Positions 38,799-49,127 of a stretch of 64,000 bases of DNA are shown here, piece by piece. The position numbers and the translations under genes are program-made. The notes under the pieces were generated by a model. The model searched no databases. It was not told the origin of the DNA and worked only from the letters and a program-made list of their open reading frames with translations. The stretch comes from Podarcis cretensis. Lineage: Eukaryota. Position 1 is the stretch's first letter. Every line of letters begins with the position of its first letter. The DNA is taken from NCBI GenBank assembly GCA_951804945.1, contig OX638150.1, positions 59,768,001-59,832,000 of the forward strand. The letters are read 5' to 3'.

Positions 38799-40039
38799 GG
38801 TGTGACCATTAAGACCATTATTAAGTCCAGAATCTCGATTTACCTCACCGCACCACTGCATGTACATTGAAGAATAAATAATAGTTTAAAATGCATTGAG
38901 GACCTCTAAACCTTATGGAGGAGCAGGCATTTACAGCTGCAGCCCCACTCTTCTGCAACATCCAGTTCCAGCCTGAGGTAAGAAAAACTGTAGCCGAGGT
39001 CTGGGATGACAGACTCTGTAGAGACTCCAGAATGCTTGAATATGTGGACAGCTCTGTAGTGCACCTCTGCTGCAATGTAACATTGTTCAGATGGTCTCCA
39101 TAAAATCATTCTTGCCCAAGCTGTGACGAATGTCATTTACTTTCCCCACTCCGGCCATCCATGCTAGTGAAAAAAATGAATTCAAATTGGAAAGCAAACC
39201 CTCCTAAAAGCGAGAGTCAAAATAGTGCAACACCGGGAAGCAGCCTTTTTTTGCTATACGTATTACAAAATGGCTAACAGCCAAACACCGTGGCCGATTA
39301 CCGCACTAACATTAGGCACCCATAAAACATTGACATCAGTGGACGCAAAGCAGAAACATGTTATCTGTTTCAAACGTTGCCTGATCAGCTCCAGATATGG
39401 CTTCTTTCCAGAGCTGACCTAGAATGTTCCATAGCTAGTGCTGGAGATTATTATCATCTGGAGGCAGCTGAGGGTATCCATGTTGCCTTCCCCCGTCCCC
39501 CTTAAAATTTAGAAAGGTATATTAAAGAAAGGGGGATAGAAGAAAGCCACCAGTACTCTGAATTTGACATTTTTACAGTGCTCATAGTAAGCTAGCTGCC
39601 TTGCAGAACTCAGAGGTGACAGGTCCACACCCATACAAAGACTAAGGACAGGGCCCAACGATGAGCATTCAGATAGTAAGTTACAATGCTCAGAGCACTA
39701 CAGTCCCTCAGTAACCCTCACAACAATCCTCTTAGGCAAGGTTGAGGAGCTCATGGCTCTCCAGATGTTGTTGGGTTCCAGCTCCCATCACCTCTGGCTG
39801 CTGGCCTTACTGGTTGGGACTGATGGGGCCACAGGGCCCTATCTTTGCTGTAAGATATGCCATATTGCAGGTAGGAGACTGAAGCTGGGAGGCAATGGGT
39901 TGTATCCAATGCTGTTGCTAGAGACATTCATTTACACAATGGACCTTCCCACCTCCTCTCCTCTCCCCTGCAGTGCTGGGCTGGGGGTCCTCCCAGAACA
40001 GATTGTGGAGCACACAGGGAGAGCAAAGGAAGGGGAAGT

Positions 40040-40290
40040 CTTGTTGAGGCTGCCTTCACTATTCTACCTCAGGACTTCCGGACCTCCATGATGACCATGG
40101 GGCTGTCTCAACACACAGGGCAGGGCAGGTTCTTGCTCTAGGTCAAAGAAGGGTTGTCTGGAAATAGGTGTGATGGATATCACAATGAATTTATGACACT
40201 GATCCCCCACTTGCAGGTGTAGTGGACCAATCTGGAAGGTCCACCACAGAGACAAATGGAATCCGATGATTTCTTGAACTACCTAGGGGT
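40040..40290 (+). mobile_element. Degraded L2 endonuclease-region remnant
   Basis: CAGGACTTC..ACCTCCATGATGACCATGGGGCTGTCTCAA (QDF..SM.TMGLSQ) is typical of squamate L2. Confidence 0.5.
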
Positions 40291-41756
40291 ACTTTTCAAA
40301 TGGATAGAGCAGACAACTCTGTTGAAGCATGTGTTGCAATGAGGAATAGTTAGGTATGGTAATCCCTGAGCATCTTGACATGTTATTTCCCTGAGCATCT
40401 TCTCCAGAGCCTATTCTGCACCTTGGTGTGCCACAGTTCTATATTCCCCAGGCTCATTGCCTGGATCATACAAGTGCCCATGTGACTCTCCTTTTGTATT
40501 GCTAAATCCTGTGCTGGTTGATTTGTGCCTATTTTCAATGTGCCCTTTTGAGATAAAGGGAGCAGGGAAGGAGGAGAGGAGCATGGAGAAGGTGTGTGCT
40601 CTCTCTCACAATTTACTGAACGTTCTTTAGCACTGACCGGTAACAAGCAACCAAAACCATACCTGTCTCATCACAACAGACCAGTCAGCCTTCACATCTA
40701 GGTAGATCTTCAGCTTCTGCCAGAACTTTGCAACCAGTTATTGTTTTGCCAGATAGTACACACACACATACACACATACACACACACACAATCTTTTTGG
40801 GAGCTACGACCACCCACGTTGAAGCTGACATGCTAAGGAAACCTACCCATGAATCATCTTAAACTAGCAACAGCTGCTCTTTCTTTCTTTTCACAATAAA
40901 AAGTTCAGCTTGAAAAGTCTAGCTGCATCTTTCCAGCTCACATGAGCCTGACAGAACAGTCTTACCAAACTGTGTTCTCTATGGCATTGTAAGCGGTAAA
41001 GAAGAACTACATGACTACGTCTAGCAGCACAACACACATCTCATCAGTGATGCAGGCTAAGGAGAAGTGAACATGCAGATGGAGCTACTTTAAACATTTT
41101 TAATGCAGGCGCTCCCTCAACTGAAGTTTTCAAGGGAAACAGTTTCAATGGAAAAGCCAATTATTCAGTGGGATAGAGAGAGCTGTTTTCTCCTTGGATT
41201 CAGCTGGGTGATCAGCTGTCACAACCCCCCACCCAACAACACATAGACTTCCAGAAGTGCACTCTTCTTCCCCATCAGAATTATGACATTTTTGAATTGC
41301 AGCTGAAGAGATTGAGTCTACACTCCTTTGTGTGCTTGCTAGGAAGCAAGCCCTGTTGATCTGTGTCCAATTGCCATCAGCAGCTGGCAAGCATGAAAGA
41401 GCCTTTTCTGGTGGCTTAACTTCCAAGGGCTTGATTGTGAACACACTTAAAAGCCTACCTGCTATGAGGAACCTGTGTTATTAGGGTTCCTGATTAAATA
41501 AATGTGTTTTGAAGGTCCCTTGAGATCTTTGATGTCAGACAGGAAGCTACCAAGGTAGCACATCAGCATCTGCCTTTGGAACTCCCTGACTAGAGAAGGT
41601 AGACCATCTCCCTTCTTGTCCTTTTGCCAGCAGGTGAAGACCTGCTTGGGGAGGACTGACTGCTTTTAATGAAAGGGCTGGTGCCATGGTGTTTTTACTG
41701 TAATCATCTGTATCTTTTTAATAGATCTTGGAGGGAAAGAGAAAGAGAGATTTTAA

Positions 41757-41804
<48 letters not shown>

Positions 41805-41935
41805 TTATTTATACCCTGCCCATCTGGCTGGGCTTCCCCAGCCATTCTGGGCAGCTTCCCAAAAAATATTAAAATACTGTAATACATCAAACATTAAAAG
41901 CTTCCCTAAACAGGGCTGCCTTCAGATGTCTTCTA
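41757..41935 (-). mobile_element. LINE (probably L2) 3' end with an expanded (TAA)n tail, inside an older L2-like remnant (~41500-42050)
   Basis: Reverse complement of 7909-8053; (TAA)~15 tail. Confidence 0.7.
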
Positions 41936-43397
41936 TTAATTTTTAAGTGTTTTTAATGACTCCTCCTCCCTATGTTTTTAGCTGTTCTTATTTTTTCTGT
42001 AAACCATCCTGAGTCCCTCTCATGGGAAAAGGTAGGATATAAATAAATGAAAAGTTTTAGTATGGTCACTAATTTATGTTGGGTGGGATTTAGCTAAGTT
42101 GTTGCATGCGTGGCATGAGGTCCACTCACTCACCTTCCCTCCCTCTCCCCCCCCCCCCACATGCCCCTGCATTGCTGCCTAAATCTGCTCCGGAAGGTTG
42201 AGGGGAAACCCCAGAACAGGTTTAGGAGCTGTAAGGTGCTATTTACATGGAATTTTTACTTGATGGGATAATCGCTTGTTGCTTTCTTACACTTGCTGGT
42301 GGTGGATTGTTGTTACACCAAAGGCATCGCACATGAAATCTGATTCTGAAGATTAGAATCCAAGTTCTCTATGTAGCTCATGGTTAAGAGATATCACATC
42401 AGAATTATCTGGTGCCCATGATGGAGAACACATGGATGCGGTAACCCAGAGGCCAAAAATGTCTAAGAAAGCTCCATGATCCTGAAATGGGCTAGGTGTT
42501 ACAAAACCTGGGTAAGCCCTAAGGACCATGCAGGTGTACCTCATCTGATGGCCAGAAATCACAGGGAGAAAACTTTCTTACCAGAAGTGAAAACTGAAAC
42601 AAAAATAAGCATACTTTGTGGAGGATAAAAATAGAAGATAAAAATACTTTGTGGAAATCACTGTGATTGGACATACTTCATTACTCCTGGACACTCTTTA
42701 TATCCATTCATGTTTTCTACTTTATTTTAGTGTTTATTTCAAATTCAGTGGTGACTACTGCTCTGCTCTCCCCACTTGCAGAAACCCATGAAAAAGGTCC
42801 TAGTTATTCTCCCTAAATGGCTACCAACTGTGAGGCTGTCCTACGCAGTTCACATAACAAGAACAGCAGTATGCCTGAGCAAAATGTTCAGTTATTTGCT
42901 CTTCATATTTTGCTTACGAAAGGAAAAAAGAGGGAGTGCTTTCCAAATAATAAAGCTTTGTCATCACTAAAGGCTTCTTCTGTTTGGCCCCGTGATACCT
43001 TTGGGAGAAATTAGCTTCCTGACTTGTACTGGAACAGCTGCTATTTCTTGGCTGCTTCTTGGTTTGAAAATGTGTATAAAAGCATTTTTGTGTCTGCGTG
43101 TGAATAGTCATTATTTCCAGCATATTCAAGAACTTGGGACAACGAAAAAGGTATTCCCAAATGATCATGCAGAAAACAATTGTTTGGTTTCATACTCCTA
43201 GAGACCAATTGACAATTGCAACAGAAATTTTTTAAATGTTCGTCAATATTGCTCACCCACATTTCATTTACCTTCCCTTTGTCTTGAGGCAGGAATGGCC
43301 ACTCCTCTTGGGATCTAGTAGATCTACTGCCACCTATGTTGAATTCCTCACTACCAAATATAAGTGGAGGCAGTAGAGGTGAATGTTCAGAAGCATA

Positions 43398-43987
43398 AGA
43401 CACAAGATTTATCCATCCGGGAAGAATGGCAGATGAAGTTGATGGACTACATGGAATTGGCGGAAATGACTGGCAGAATCCGAGACCAGGGAGAAGAGTC
43501 GGTTGAAGAAGACTGGAAAAAGTTTAAAGATTATTTACGGAATTACTGTAAAATTAATGAATGTTAGGAAAATGTTGGAATGAAGTTATATGGCTTTAGT
43601 AGAAATGTTATAAGGAATTAAGGATAAATAGATTAATAGAGTATTAAAGGAAAAATAAGGTTAGAATGTGTTAAGATAATTATAAGATTAAAAATAGAGG
43701 AAGATGGAAAGGAATTGCTGAAAAAATTAATAGAAGTGGAATACAAAAAGGGAGGTGTGAGGAGGTCGCGGAAACAAGTAAATGAAAGATAAGTTATTGA
43801 AAGTATTTGATGTGTTTTAAATTGTGTTTGTTTTGTTTTGTTAGTTTAATGTTAGTGTTTTGTTAGTGTAATGTAGTGTTTTTTTGTATTGTATTGTATT
43901 GTATTGTATTGTATTGTATGGTTTTTCTTTTCTGTAGTGTCTAAATTGTTGGAAAAGGTAATAAATATTATTTTTTTATAAAAAAAA
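43398..43987 (+). mobile_element. 5'-truncated L1 (ORF2 C-terminus and 3'UTR)
   Basis: Encodes TQDLSIREEWQMKLMDYMELAEMTGRIRDQGEESVEEDWKKFK, homologous to the end of the full-length L1. AATAAA and A tail; imperfect 17-bp TSD at 43381-43397 and 43988-44004. Confidence 0.88.
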
Positions 43988-43995
43988 GAATGTTC

Positions 43996-44105
43996 AGGAA
44001 CATAGCTCAGTCGGTAGAGTAGGAGACTCTTAATCTCATGGTTGTGTGTTCGAAGCCCATGTTGGGCAAAGGGGTCTAGAGTAGATGACCCTCTGCAATT
44101 CTAAA
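43996..44105 (+). mobile_element. tRNA-Lys(CTT)-derived SINE with a CR1-like tail (not a functional tRNA)
   Basis: TAGCTCAGTCGGTAGAG..GAGACTCTTAATCTCA..GTTCGA..CCCATGTTGGGC matches tRNA-Lys-CTT, but the acceptor and T stems are broken. It is followed by TAGATGACCCT, resembling the CR1 3' end (compare 34192-34203). Confidence 0.75.
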
Positions 44106-44802
44106 TCAAGCTGCTTCGACAAGTAGGAAGCTGAACACTGCTTGACTAAATCTACTACTGCGGCTTTGGTGAAGTCAAAAACTGTTTGTAAGTTGTGTGT
44201 GTGTGTGTGTGTAGTCTACCAGATCACCCTTGTTGACATGCAGATGTACTGTTAGGCACAAAGCAAACACTACAGAAATTATGAATGGTGCATGTGACTG
44301 TATCTTTTGCAAACTGTTTTCCAGTCTTTTATTGTGCTGATGGTCCCACAAGAACTTCATCGTGAGACAGGTCTCACTCTCACTCTCACCTCCCGTAGAT
44401 GGAGAACTTAAGACTGAATTGCCCAAAAGAATGCCTGGTTCACAGGACAAGCCTAGCCTTGGTTTAGTGAGACTGCACAATTGTATAGACTCAGGACAAG
44501 GAAGCCAAAGCCTTGATTACACCTTGTGATTAGTGAAGAGAGAGCTGAACCATGAGTTCCTGTTTGCAAGAGTTGCAAGAGTTCAGCAGGACATTATGGG
44601 GCATGCGCAAACTGGAAATGAAGCAGATGTCTACCTAAAAACTTTTGCAAGCACACAGCATTGAAGGTGGTATTGCATGGAACCACTCAGATATCATCCT
44701 GAGCAGAAGTCATCATTAATAAATAGGACGTGGGGAGGGAGGAGGGGCTCCCTGTCCTACTCTGGCTTCAAAAGCACTGTGGATTAGTAACGGACCCCAA
44801 CA

Positions 44803-45310
44803 TTTTTTAAAAAAAAACAAAACATTTATTTGCTTTCTCAGATTAAAATTTTAGTCATAGATGGAATATAACATAAAAACAAGATTCCAAAGAATCTCTT
44901 GGACTTCCCTCCTCCCCTTTCTGGGTCCTAACGTTAATCATTTCCTCCTGCATCTTTTATGATAATCCAAATTTTTTACATCTCCATTGTGTCCACAGTT
45001 CACCATTCAGCTACAAGTGATATTCCAAACCTACTAACGATGTTAACTGTTTACAATGGTTTTTAAGATAGGTTATAAATTTTCCCCGTTCCCTTATTAA
45101 AATTTTGGTCTTCCTGATTTCTGTCTCTTCCGGTCATTTTAGCCATTTTGGCATAATCCATCAACTTGATCTGCCATTCTTCTCTGGTAGGGACTTTACC
45201 TTCTTTCCATCTCTGGGCCAATAACATCCGCGGTCCCATACAGAGTCTTTTCTGCTCCCTTGGGGTTTCGGAACCTAGAATTCCTAAAAGTAAGACTTCG
45301 GTTTTGTTTG
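44803..45310 (-). mobile_element. 5'-truncated, older L1 fragment
   Basis: Minus strand encodes EVLLLGIL...RMLLAQRWKEGKVPTREEWQIKLMDYAKMAKMTGR, an L1 ORF2 C-terminus, followed by a 3'UTR. Ends are approximate. Confidence 0.8.
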
Positions 45311-45501
45311 TTTTAGGGGGGCGGGACACCTTTTAAAGCACACACACCCTCTTCAGCCTGCCCCTACTGTTCCCGCACAAGCCCTCGGCTGAATGGGAGG
45401 GGTCTCCTCCGTCTTTCATGCCAGGGGGACAAACGACGGCGCGGTTCCGACGCCTCCTCCCTGCGGAGGGCTTCCCGTGGGGCAGTCATTCAAAAGCCCA
45501 A

Positions 45502-46088
45502 GTACTTAAATGCACCTTTCATAAGAAACCAGAGGCATTTCTCTTGGGTATGGTCGGCCAGCTGGTGCTGAGGAAGGATAAAAACTTCTTTTTGTACGCT
45601 ACTACGGCAGCAAGGATTCTTCTAGCAAAGTATTGGAAGACACAAGAGCTACCCACGCTGGAGGAATGGCAGGCGAAAGTGATCGACTTTATGGGACTGG
45701 CAGAAATGACGGGCAGAATCCGCGACCAAGAGAAAGAGACTGTGGAAGAAGATTGGAAGAAATTTAAGATGTATCTTAAGAACTATTATAAAATTGAGGA
45801 GTGCTAAAATGCTGAGGGAAAAGAAGACGTAGAATTGCAGCGGAAAATTGTGTTTGATTTAGGGTAAAATTGAAAAGGAGAATGAATTTATATTTAATTG
45901 GCTAAAAGGGTTGCTGAATAATTGTAAAAAAAAAGGATGCAAAAAGAGGAAGGTATGGGGAAGTCCGAGAAAAGAGGCTTATGGAAATAAGGTTAAGAAA
46001 TTATGATTTCTTGTGTTTGTTTCCATGTTGTTTTTGTTGTGTTTGTTAAAAATTGGAAAATTAATAAAAAATTTTATTTAAAAAAAAA
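45502..46088 (+). mobile_element. 5'-truncated L1 immediately upstream of TGFBI
   Basis: Encodes KCTFHKKPEAFLLG...EEDWKKFKMYLKNYYKIEEC*. AATAAA and poly(A); TSD AAAAGCCCAA at 45492-45501 and 46089-46098. Confidence 0.9.
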
Positions 46089-46119
46089 AAAAGCCCAAAA
46101 GCAAAGCAAAAGTGTTCAG

Positions 46120-46850
46120 GGTCCGCTTCTTATCCGCAAACGGGTGCCGTTAACCCGAAGCGGAAGAAATGGTGGCGGCAGGTAGCGGGTGTGCAAGGGA
46201 CCGGAGATTTCTACCAGACCCCGGCAGGCCGAGCGGAAAAAATGCTCTGGAGTTTGAAGGCAGGCTGGAGGGGCCGGCCGAGAGAGCCGCGAGAGCAACT
46301 TCAGGTGACCCCACCCGCCTTTCCGCCCCCTGGCCTGCCGCCGCCCCACCCCCGAGCGCCGTCCCGCCGGAGGGGCCTGTCTCCGCCCCCTCGCTCCTCA
46401 CGCCCTTATTTAACTCCGCCGCGCAACAGGGGGAGCGGCTCACTTCGCCGTCCGGCCGCTCGGGTCTTCCCCCTCCGTCACGATGCGCTCGGGACTGCTG
46501 CTGCTGCCTTTGGCCCTGGCTCTGTGGGCCAGCGTCTCTTGGGCTGCCACTCGGACCCCTTACCAGCAGATCTTGCATCACAGCCGGCTCCGGGGCAGGC
46601 ATCAAGGGTAAGTCTCTGAGCTTAAATTGGGGGGGGGGGGAGGAGGGAGCGATCTGGTGATCCACCCAGCCCGCGGGATCCGGTGTCTCTTGCAGACTGG
46701 CGGCGACGCGCGTGTGCCTGGCTCGTGCAAAAGGCGGGAGACGGTTTCCACACGTTCGCCTCCGAACGGATGTGCGATGGTTTGGGGAACGCGAAGCAGC
46801 GGCCGCATGATGGGCGGAAGGTGTTTCGCTGCCGCCCTGCTGCCTCTCGA
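46120..46850 (+). promoter_or_regulatory. TGFBI CpG-island promoter with GC boxes, TATA-like and Inr-like elements
   Basis: Dense CpG. CCGCCCC GC boxes near 46323, 46341 and 46383; TTATTTAA at 46406-46413; TCACTTC at 46440-46446, about 40 nt upstream of the ATG. Confidence 0.75.
46483..46607 (+). CDS. TGFBI: TGFBI coding exon 1 (signal peptide; not in the ORF track)
   Basis: MRSGLLLLPLALALWASVSWAATRTPYQQILHHSRLRGRHQG matches the TGFBI motif SPYQLVLQHSRLRGRQHG. Hydrophobic leader; donor GG|GTAAGT, phase 2; lies in a CpG island. Confidence 0.92.
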
Positions 46851-48023
46851 GTTTAGATTAATTTTTTAGATTTCAGTTTAGATTTTGGGTTCCACAGAAA
46901 TGTCTCTTGGTCCAAAAACGCGTCTCCTGTTCCGGTGTAATTCGTTTAAGGGATGGTCGGAGGGGCAAGCATTTGGAAAACGAAGAGAAAATCCCAATCC
47001 ATGGATTAAAAAGCAAGTTTTAAACAGCTGGGGGATCCACTTGGATTATGGTCAATGGGGATCAAATGGCTTGTGGAGATGAGCTGTGTTTCCCAAAAGA
47101 GTGAGGCTCTTTCTCCTGCCAGTTATTTATTCTCTATTAGGTAGGTCTGAAAGAATAGGAGGCAAGATTGTATCTTTTTGTTTTTCCATTTACTGCACGG
47201 GATGGTTCAGGTAGTCTGTTTTCAAGTTACATAGAACTCTTCCTGCTTAGAGAAGACTGCTGTAGGAATTGAAGGTTGGCTACCCTTGAGGCACAGCATA
47301 CTGGCACTAACCCTACACCCACCTTTTATGGACTGGCTGCACATCTCACTCTCTCTTTAAGGAATGCATCCAATATTGTGTTCAGATGACTGAAAGTCAA
47401 TCCAGTTCTTGCCAACATTTGCCTTACATTTAAATGGACAAAGGTTCAGTTAGCCAAGTGTTTGTCAAACTGTTCATTTGTGCTCACCTTTCCAAATTTA
47501 CCCCTGCCAAGCCAATTCTACAGACAAAGTGAAATAAGGCAGAACCATAAATGTGGTTGCTTCTCCCGTCCCCACCAAAAAAAATTAAAATTAAGGTGCT
47601 CAGTATCCAGGCCAGCTATGTTAGTTTGGCACCTGAGGCAGAAAACCCCACTAATGACTCTTTCCCCTTCCTAGCAGTAAAAATGCAAGCAATAATAAAT
47701 TAAATGACACTCAAAATCAACTACCTGAGGTAGTCATCTCATTCTACTAACAGTAGAGCTGGTTAACATTTCTGTCCTAAATGGCATGAACACGTGTAAG
47801 CTCTTTAAGCACAGCTGTTGAAATAGCACATTTTAGGCTCATGCCACTAGTGAATTTAATAAGGCTGATGGCATTAAGGGGAACTTCAGGCGTACTGAAA
47901 CCAAAGAAATGTGAATCAAGCCAAGCTGATACATGCAGGAATGGAAAACCTCCTGGAAGGCTTTGAGTATGAAGGAAACAAATCACTTTAGTCATTTGGG
48001 GGCAAATTCTAAAAGGCCTATTT

Positions 48024-48353
48024 GGGGACGCGGGTGGCGCTGTGGTCTAAACCACAGAGCCTAGGGCTTGCCGATCAGAAGGTTGGCGGTTTGAATCTAC
48101 GTGATGGGGTGAGCTCCCGTTGTTCGGTCCCTGCTCCTGTTAACCTAGCAGTTCGAAAGCATGTCAAAGTGCAAGTAGATAAATAGGTACCACTCCAGCG
48201 GGAAGGTAAATGGCATTTCCATGCTTTGGTTAGCCAGAAGCGGCTTAGTTATGACCCGGAAGCTGTACGGCGGCTCCCTCGACCAGTAAAGCGAGATGAG
48301 CGTCACAACCCCAGAGTCGTCCACGACTGGACCTAACAGTCAGGGGTCCCTTT
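48024..48353 (+). mobile_element. Sauria SINE (subfamily B) in TGFBI intron 1
   Basis: GGGGACGCGGGTGGCGCTGTGG head through CAGGGGTCCCTTT; no clear TSD. Confidence 0.88.
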
Positions 48354-49127
48354 TAAAGTATTTATATAGCTTTTGCTGCACTACAGATCCCATCCTCCAT
48401 GACGGTTGGCTATGCTAGCTGTGGTTGATGGAGGCTGAAGTTCAAGATGTTTGGAGGGACAGATTGAGAAAGGCAGTACTACAATAGGAGCTGATAAGTC
48501 AGAGGGATCCGAGTGTTGATAGAATGCAGTTCTCTAGATGCTCTTTTCATTGGTGTGTAAACAGTCACAAGTGTGGTCTTTTTAGGGGCATTCAATTCGG
48601 AGGATTCTGGTGCAAGTTGGGAAGCAACAGGCAAGCACAGGCTTAGCTGTGAATGGGCTCTGGGGCTCCTTCTCTCAGGGACCTTTATATAGATCGTAAT
48701 ACTTATCCTGTCCCTCACACAAGACACTTCACTTACTACAGTAAGACTAAGTCATCTTGACGACTTCTTTTTTTTTTTAATATTTATTAAGAATTTTTCA
48801 TTTACAGTAAAAAAAAAATGAACATAACATTGCATATCACATATTTTCTTATCACTTCTGGACTTCCTCACATCTCCTGCTCCTACGTTCTAGTTTAATA
48901 CACTTAAAACAACAATTTATTCCCTTATCTCCATCCTTACTGTCAAATTTCGAATATATTTCAAATTTTAGATACGTTTATTCCAATCCTTACAAAAGAA
49001 AATTTAATTTAGCCTAATAATTATCTAAAAAAAAAAAAATAGGTTTTTCATCTTATATTTAAATTATCTTCATGATTTACTTCATCTATTTTGATGGTGC
49101 CAATTTGTCTAAAATCAAGCATCCTGC

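Noticed and set aside
41145-41444. ORF beginning MFTIKP, with HKGV in another frame, echoing LECT2 motifs
   Set aside because: The motifs are in the wrong order, a stop follows HKGV, and there is no further similarity.
43996-44068. Functional tRNA-Lys gene
   Set aside because: The acceptor and T stems do not pair, and it continues into a LINE-like tail rather than a T-run terminator.
46116-46869. Several 70-170 aa ORFs at the TGFBI promoter
   Set aside because: Stop-poor GC-rich CpG-island artefacts; the real coding frame is 46483-46607.
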